From NCBI GenBank assembly GCA_965243025.1, contig CBDETY010000003.1:1-64000 (forward strand): a DNA stretch of 64,000 bases. Direction: 5' to 3'. Position 1 is the first letter of the stretch. Every line of letters begins with the position of its first letter. This stretch comes from Candidatus Latescibacterota bacterium (lineage in GTDB: Bacteria; Latescibacterota; UBA2968; UBA8231). The position numbers were made by a program, and so were the translations under genes. The notes beneath the pieces are model-generated. The model saw nothing but the letters and a program-made list of their open reading frames with translations. It was not told where the DNA came from and ran no database searches. Positions 58,013 through 64,000 of this stretch are shown here, piece by piece.

Positions 58013-59461
58013 TCACGGATGGTTGGCCGCGGCAGCCGCCTGGGGACCGACCGGGGCATACCGGTACATCCCGTAATGGGACTGGTAGAGGTTGAAGTCC
58101 CCGGTCCCGGTGACTATCTCCCACATCCGGGTGGCCATCGCTTCGGCCAGGGGCCCGGACGAAGGATCTCCGGCCAGGTTGCGAAGCTCGTGCGGATCTG
58201 ACTCCAGGTCGTAGAGCTCGTCTTCGTCGAACCCGTTGAAGACGTACTTGCAGCGGTCCCGCCAGAGAATCCTCTGGGTATAGTTGAAGCGCACGCCGTG
58301 GCACTCGGCGAAGGCTTCCTGCTCCCAGCCGGCCTTACCGTTGAGGCGCGGCACCAGGGAGCGCCCCTGACAGGGGAAGTCCTTTCCCAGCAGCAGCTCG
58401 ACCAGCGTCGGGGCCAGGTCCATGGTACTCACGACGTCCGCGGTCGTCCGCCCTTGCGGGAGCCCCGGGCCTTTCATGATCAGGGGCACCCGGTAGACCT
58501 CTTCGAACGGGGGAATTCCCTTCAACAGCAGGCGGTGGGCGCCCATGTAGTCTCCGTGGTCGGACAGGTAGACGATGAGGGTATCTTCCTCCTCCCCCGT
58601 TTCCGCGAGCGCGGTCAGGAGCCGCCCCACCTGGTCGTCGATCATCGTACAGACGGCGTAGTAGCAGGCGGTCGCGCGAGCGAAGCTCTGCCAATCCATG
58701 TCGTGCCACACACTCTGGGTACGCCTGTAGATCCCCGGCCTGTCCGCGAGGTCGTCCGCGAAGCTGGCCGGTCTGGGGATGGAGGCCGGATCGTACCGCT
58801 CAAAAAAGGATCCGGGCGCGACGTAGGGATCGTGCGGCCCCGGTACGCTGACATACAACGCCCAGGGCCGATGCGGTTGGCTGGCTGCTTCCTTCAGGAA
58901 ATCGATGCCGCGCGAGAACAGGTAGTGCTCCATCGTCGCTTCCACCGGCTCGTCGGTGACGCCGTAAAGCAACAGGTCCCGATAGCCTTTGTGGCGCGCG
59001 TAGTGCGAGTCCGCCAGCTCCGGCCTGTCCTTCAAGCCCAGCCTCTGGCGATGTTCCAGATACCTGCGTTGATTCTCCGGTTCTCCCCGGACTTCATAGG
59101 TGTCGAAACCGAAGTTTTCCAGGAGGTTGGTACGCTCGACGTGCCACTTGCCGAAATAGCCCTGTCGATAACCCGCTTCTTTCAGCGAGCGCGTCCAGAT
59201 GGACAGCCCTTCCCTGAGGTTTGCCCTGGGCGGCTCGGCGGTGTGGGTGCAATCCACGACGCCATGGCTGTGAGGCAACAGCCCGGTCAGGATGCTGGCA
59301 CGGCTGGGAGAGCAGACCACGTTGGCCGAGTAGCACCGCTCGAAGCGAACCCCGGCCGCAGCAAGCGAATCCAGGTTGGGCGTCTGGCAGATCGACCCGG
59401 GGTGGACAGTGCCGGCCTGCTGCTGATCCGATATGAGGAAAACCAGGTTTGGTGAACGCAA
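58013..59461 (-). CDS. Formylglycine-type sulfatase
   Basis: CSPSRASILTG, GKWH, PHDP, SDHGD, ELYDL. TTG start after AAGGAG. Confidence 0.92.
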   Translation of the reverse strand: MRSPNLVFLISDQQQAGTVHPGSICQTPNLDSLAAAGVRFERCYSANVVCSPSRASILTGLLPHSHGVVDCTHTAEPPRANLREGLSIWTRSLKEAGYRQGYFGKWHVERTNLLENFGFDTYEVRGEPENQRRYLEHRQRLGLKDRPELADSHYARHKGYRDLLLYGVTDEPVEATMEHYLFSRGIDFLKEAASQPHRPWALYVSVPGPHDPYVAPGSFFERYDPASIPRPASFADDLADRPGIYRRTQSVWHDMDWQSFARATACYYAVCTMIDDQVGRLLTALAETGEEEDTLIVYLSDHGDYMGAHRLLLKGIPPFEEVYRVPLIMKGPGLPQGRTTADVVSTMDLAPTLVELLLGKDFPCQGRSLVPRLNGKAGWEQEAFAECHGVRFNYTQRILWRDRCKYVFNGFDEDELYDLESDPHELRNLAGDPSSGPLAEAMATRMWEIVTGTGDFNLYQSHYGMYRYAPVGPQAAAAANHP

Positions 59462-59579
59462 GGCTGCGCTCCTTCGCAATGGATGACAGCAAGATCGGGG
59501 GCGGCATCGCTGTCTGCAATCATTGCGGCCAGGCGGCAGGATGAACCACACTGGAACGGGTTCAGGAAAACATCCCGAA

Positions 59580-61079
59580 ATGGACGAACAACCGGGTCAG
59601 CTGAAGGACGTCGACGCCGCGACGGAAAGGTTCAGAGAATCGCGGAGAAGGCTCCATGCGGAAGATCCCCTTCTGCCCGCGTATCACTTCTCCCCGCCGG
59701 AAGGGTGGCTCAACGACCCCAACGGTCTCTGCTTCTGGCAGGGCAGGTACCACCTGTTCTATCAGTTCCGGCCCGAAGGGGAGTCGCGGGTGCATTGGGG
59801 GCACACGGTCAGCGACGACCTGATCCACTGGAGCGACCTGCCCCCAGCCATATCCCCCTCGATAGAAGACTGCTGCTTCAGCGGGACCACCTGTGTCGAA
59901 GACGGCCGGGTAACGGCGCTCTATTACGGCACGAAGCAGGGAAGCATGGTCGCCGCTTCGGAGGACCCGCTGCTGCTGAACTGGGAGAAGCACCCCGGCA
60001 ATCCGGTGATTCCCGCGGTCGACATCGACGAGACCGGGTACCGGGGCGGCGGCGGCGACCCGTGCATATGGAAGGAGGAGGGGGCGGGGTACTTTGCCCT
60101 GGTGGGAGGACGGGGGCGTGAATCAGCCGATCTGCCGTTCCACCTGACGGCGCGTCTGTTCTTCTCCCAGGACCTGGGCCGCTGGGTCTACCTGGGAAGA
60201 TTCTTCGACGACCAGATAAACACGACCCCGCACGATGACGGGGCCTGCCCCTATTTCTGTCCGATCGGCGACAAGCACCTGTTCTGCTACTTCAGCCACA
60301 AAAGCTCGTCGGGGTACTTCATCGGCGACTACGACCGGACCCTGAGGCGCTTCAAACCGCTCACCCACGGGCGATTCACGGGCGGCGAGGTTCTTCGCGG
60401 CAGTATTCACGCGCCGAGCGTAATGCCAACAAGTGACGGGGGGTGCTGCGCGATATTCAACGCCAAGGAATGCAGGGAGCGCGACGTGGGCCGCATACGA
60501 TCCATCATGACGCTGCCGCGCGAATTCACGCTTCGGGCGGACAACACCCTGGGCATCCAGCCGGCAGAAGCAGCGAAGACCTTGCGGCATTCTCCCAGGG
60601 ATACAGGGGCGTTCGGCCTTCCGGCAAACGAAGACGTCCCGTTGAACGAAGCCTGTGGGAATACCATTGAAATCGAAGCGGAGATAGATCCCCTGGCGGC
60701 CAGGATGGTGTGCGTGAACGTTCTTCAGTCGCCGGGCAGAGAGGAGTATACACCTGTGTGCTTCCACATCGACGCCGGAGGAAGAACGGAGAACCTCGCC
60801 AAGGTGCTCATCGATCCATCCCGGTCTTCGCTCAGGGACGACGTCAATGCGCGGATTCCCGAATCGATGGACGTGCAGCTGGAAAAGGACAGGATTATCG
60901 ACTGCCGGATTTTCGTGGACAGGAGCATCATCGAGGTCTTCGTCAACGGACTGCAGTGCGTCACCCTCAGGGTGCATCCGTCCCGCCCCGACAGCACCGG
61001 CATTTCCTTGAGAGCACAGGGAGGGGCGGCTCTCGTCAGGGAAATGACCGTTCACCAGATGCGCAGTATCTGGGAATAG
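59580..61079 (+). CDS. GH32-family glycosidase, atypical catalytic motifs
   Basis: WLNDPNG, YHLFYQ, HWGH, FSG, C-terminal IFVDRSIIEVF. RDP reads GDP and EC reads AC. Confidence 0.85.
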   Translation: MDEQPGQLKDVDAATERFRESRRRLHAEDPLLPAYHFSPPEGWLNDPNGLCFWQGRYHLFYQFRPEGESRVHWGHTVSDDLIHWSDLPPAISPSIEDCCFSGTTCVEDGRVTALYYGTKQGSMVAASEDPLLLNWEKHPGNPVIPAVDIDETGYRGGGGDPCIWKEEGAGYFALVGGRGRESADLPFHLTARLFFSQDLGRWVYLGRFFDDQINTTPHDDGACPYFCPIGDKHLFCYFSHKSSSGYFIGDYDRTLRRFKPLTHGRFTGGEVLRGSIHAPSVMPTSDGGCCAIFNAKECRERDVGRIRSIMTLPREFTLRADNTLGIQPAEAAKTLRHSPRDTGAFGLPANEDVPLNEACGNTIEIEAEIDPLAARMVCVNVLQSPGREEYTPVCFHIDAGGRTENLAKVLIDPSRSSLRDDVNARIPESMDVQLEKDRIIDCRIFVDRSIIEVFVNGLQCVTLRVHPSRPDSTGISLRAQGGAALVREMTVHQMRSIWE

Positions 61080-61142
61080 TCTGCGGCAGGAGTCCGCCGG
61101 GTGCGATGGTCGCTGGCCCGCGCCGGGTCCGCCCGATGTTCC

Positions 61143-61595
61143 TTACCGCCCCGAAATCGAGAAGGGAGCTTCGAGAGCCACGGTGACCGCTTTTTCCCCG
61201 TGGCCGATGACGAGCCTCTCGTACTCGCCGTACGGCATCCAGCGCTTCGAGCCGTTTGCCCACTCATGCTGCGGCTCCTCCTTCGGCCACGAAATCCCCA
61301 CCTTCTCGAGCGCCTTCTTCTGATCGAATGGCTCCATCCCTTTGAAGGAGTAGGTCACGTAGCAGGACAGACTGTCCCTGGTGATGACGACCACCCGGGT
61401 GCTGTCTCCGTCGATATCCTTCCATTGCAGGAGATTGGTGCGGTCGTCCTTGGCGCTCCAGTCGTCGGGCTTGCCGAAGGCCGCCTCCAGTTCCGCTTCG
61501 GTCTTGTCCAGGACTCTTTCGACGTCGAGGTACTCCGGCTCGCCGCAACCGGCCGCGGCGAGCATGCAAACAGCGATCCTGAAATACCTTGTCAC
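61143..61595 (-). CDS. Putative lipoprotein
   Basis: Lipobox-like LAAAGC after a short hydrophobic stretch; FGKPD. Confidence 0.65.
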   Translation of the reverse strand: MTRYFRIAVCMLAAAGCGEPEYLDVERVLDKTEAELEAAFGKPDDWSAKDDRTNLLQWKDIDGDSTRVVVITRDSLSCYVTYSFKGMEPFDQKKALEKVGISWPKEEPQHEWANGSKRWMPYGEYERLVIGHGEKAVTVALEAPFSISGR

Positions 61596-61735
61596 AGCGG
61601 TCTGTCTGTCTGGGAGAAGAGGGCGGGTGCGACTATGATTCAACCTTTCGCGAGGCTGCGGAACCGAATATAAAAGGTCTTCCATGCCTATCCAGGCGCC
61701 CACGCCGGCCAAGCCCCGTTGCCAGGGAGAGACGT

Positions 61736-63607
61736 TTGTTTGATCGAAGATACCTGCCCGAGGCGGACTGCGAGTTCGTCGTCATCTCCGACACCCACTA
61801 CATGCTCGACGTCGGCGATGCGCCGCTCGAGTTCGAGTCGCGCCGGAAGCAGACTGCCCGGGCAGGGGTGGCGCTCCGCCTGGCCGCGGCCCTGGACGTC
61901 GATCCCATCGTGCATCTCGGCGACCTGGTCCAGGAATACCCCGAGACGCCGGACTTCGACCGCGCCGTCGACGAGGCGCTCCGCCAGATTCGCGACGCCG
62001 GCCTGGCGCCCCACCACGTCGCCGGGAATCACGACGTGGGGGACAAGCCGGACCCGGCCATGCCGTTCCACCGCGTCACCGGCGAAACACTCGGCAAGTT
62101 CCACCGCCGGTGCGGTCCCTCCTGGAAACGGGTCGACCTCGGTCCGCACCGGATCCTGATCCTGAACTCCCAGATCCTGAACACCGACCTGCCCGAAGCC
62201 GCCCGGCAGCGCAGCTGGATCGCCGGGCAGCTGTCTGAACGAACCGGCGGGCGCACGTTCTTGTGCCTTCACCTACCCTTGTACCTGTTCGACGGGAAAG
62301 AGCAGGGCTTCGGTCACTACGACGTCATCGATGAGCCCGACCGGACCTGGCTCCTCGACCTTATCCGTAAAAGCGAGGTCGATACGGTCTTCGCCGGCCA
62401 CGTCCATTTCGCGTTCGCCGGCCGGATCGGTGCCGCCGACTACCGCGTCCTGCCGTCCCCCTCTTTCACGCGGCCCGGTTTCTCGCACCTGTTCTCGTCG
62501 GACGCGCCGCCCGAACAGGGACGGGACGACGCGCCCAAGTTCGGTTTCACCCTCGTTCGGACGGTCGGCGAACGAACCGACCTCCACGCGATTCGAACCG
62601 GCGGCGCCGAAGCCGTCGACGGGCGGTCCCGACTGCTGACGCGCACGAGCGCCGCCCTCCCCGACTCCCCCGTCGGCGTCACGCTGCGGGGGCCGGTCTC
62701 CCCGGCCGGCAAGGTCCCCGTCGCCTACCCGTCCCTGATCGAGCAGCCGGTCCGCAACGACTACCCCCTCCTGTCATGCCTGGAGATGGGGGTCCGCCAC
62801 GTCCGGGTTCCCCTCGAGGAGGCACTGGACCCGGGCCAGAAGACCGACATCCTCAGGTCGAAGGGCATTTCGGTCACGGCATACCACCTGTTCGCCGCGG
62901 CAGAAGACGTCGCCGGTGCCGTGTCCGCCCTCGCCGGCCGGTGCGACGCTCTCGAGGTCCAGTACCTTGCCCGGGATGCCGCCGCCTTCGAGGCGGCCGG
63001 GGAGATGGACCTGCCGCTGGTCTGCTGTCCCGTCACTGCCGGCGTCGTCGTCGCCGGCAAGGCGCATCCCCGCCAGCGCATCGGCTGGAGCCTCGACGGG
63101 GAAGCTCGGGACTGGCCCCGGGGCCGCACCCTCTGCCGCGTGGCGGCGGGGGATTCGCTCCTGGAATGGCGGGACCGCGCGGCGTCCGCTCCGCGGGGCG
63201 CCGACTTTGCGATCGACCTGCCCGGCGTCGACGACGGAGAAAACGCCCGGCGCGCCGCCCAGGCCCTCCTCGCCCTGTCGACCGTTCCCGGCGCGCGCCT
63301 GTTCATCGACCCGCTGACCGACTTCGACCGTACGAACGACGCCGCGCACGGCCTGATCGACACCCGGTGCAACCCGCGTCCCGCCATGACCGTCGTCCGC
63401 CTCCTCGGGACCATCCTGTTCTCCCGCGGAGAGCGCTGGTCCCTCGCGTCTGACGACCCGTGGACGATCGCGTCGGAACGACGGCGGCTGGTCCTGACGG
63501 ATGATGTGCCGGGGGCCGAGTGGTACTACGGGCTGACGTCGGGAACCGCGGGCAGGCGCGGACCGGAGCTGGCGGATGAACTGGTTCTGGGAGAGGTCCC
63601 GGCGTGA
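61736..63607 (+). CDS. Calcineurin-like metallophosphoesterase with unknown C-terminal domain
   Basis: SDTH, LGDLV, GNHD, HLP, AGHVH. TTG start after GGAG. Confidence 0.85.
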   Translation: MFDRRYLPEADCEFVVISDTHYMLDVGDAPLEFESRRKQTARAGVALRLAAALDVDPIVHLGDLVQEYPETPDFDRAVDEALRQIRDAGLAPHHVAGNHDVGDKPDPAMPFHRVTGETLGKFHRRCGPSWKRVDLGPHRILILNSQILNTDLPEAARQRSWIAGQLSERTGGRTFLCLHLPLYLFDGKEQGFGHYDVIDEPDRTWLLDLIRKSEVDTVFAGHVHFAFAGRIGAADYRVLPSPSFTRPGFSHLFSSDAPPEQGRDDAPKFGFTLVRTVGERTDLHAIRTGGAEAVDGRSRLLTRTSAALPDSPVGVTLRGPVSPAGKVPVAYPSLIEQPVRNDYPLLSCLEMGVRHVRVPLEEALDPGQKTDILRSKGISVTAYHLFAAAEDVAGAVSALAGRCDALEVQYLARDAAAFEAAGEMDLPLVCCPVTAGVVVAGKAHPRQRIGWSLDGEARDWPRGRTLCRVAAGDSLLEWRDRAASAPRGADFAIDLPGVDDGENARRAAQALLALSTVPGARLFIDPLTDFDRTNDAAHGLIDTRCNPRPAMTVVRLLGTILFSRGERWSLASDDPWTIASERRRLVLTDDVPGAEWYYGLTSGTAGRRGPELADELVLGEVPA

Positions 63608-63662
63608 AGAGGCGGCCGCCCGGCAGTCCCTTGCCGCGTTTGCTTCTCCCTGCGAGTCGACA

Positions 63663-64000
63663 ATGACGGCCTTGCTTTGCCTGGCGTTCTTCCTGTCGGG
63701 GGCCGCGGGTCTGATTTTCGAAATCCTCTTCTTCCGCATGGCCGGCCTGACCTTCGGCAGCAGCGTCTGGGCATCCTCCCTGGCCCTGTCCAGCTTCATG
63801 GGGGGGCTGGCGCTCGGAAACGCGCTCTCCATCCGTTTCGGGTATCGAATTCGACGCCCTGTCGTTTTCTACGCCCTGCTGGAAGTCGCCGCCGGCCTGG
63901 TGGGTTACGGGCTGGTCGTTCAGTTCCCGGGACTTCCCGAGACATTCGCTCCGGTTTTCAGACCGCTTCTCGGTGAATCAGCGGCCCTCAACCCGCTCCG
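63663..64000 (+). CDS. N-terminus of a second fused MFS/spermidine synthase-like protein (runs off window)
   Basis: Hand-translated MTALLCLAFFLSGAAGLIFEILFFRMAGLTFGSSVWASSLALSSFMGGLALG...FYALLE, homologous to the 54866 N-terminus. Confidence 0.8.
   Translation, partial: MTALLCLAFFLSGAAGLIFEILFFRMAGLTFGSSVWASSLALSSFMGGLALGNALSIRFGYRIRRPVVFYALLEVAAGLVGYGLVVQFPGLPETFAPVFRPLLGESAALNPL

Overview
High-GC bacterial window with about 57 genes. I saw no rRNA, tRNA, CRISPR array or transposase. Secreted proteins with FlgD-like C-terminal tails suggest an FCB-associated lineage such as Latescibacterota or Gemmatimonadota (inference). Main points: (1) a selenium island at 29-44 kb. It has senB-senA (selenoneine synthesis) divergent from a selD whose N-terminus lies behind an in-frame UGA with a SECIS-like hairpin, then a PhnDCE-like (putative selenate) ABC importer, a class V PLP enzyme, and egtD in an operon with a betaine/ergothioneine-type ABC transporter. 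(2) A probable unannotated membrane selenoprotein (15796-16191, minus), split by UGA into two ORFs and followed by a hairpin resembling the selD one. (3) An uncharacterised operon (25451 to 18066, minus): a GlmL-like ASKHA ATPase with no cognate mutase in the window, a soluble partner and several membrane proteins. The same-strand run ends in the putative selenoprotein. (4) A coiled-coil plus MBL/beta-CASP nuclease fusion. (5) A GH32 with altered catalytic motifs, a vapBC pair with a duplicated vapC fragment, and small repeat scars. Family calls come from motif recognition only; no searches were run.
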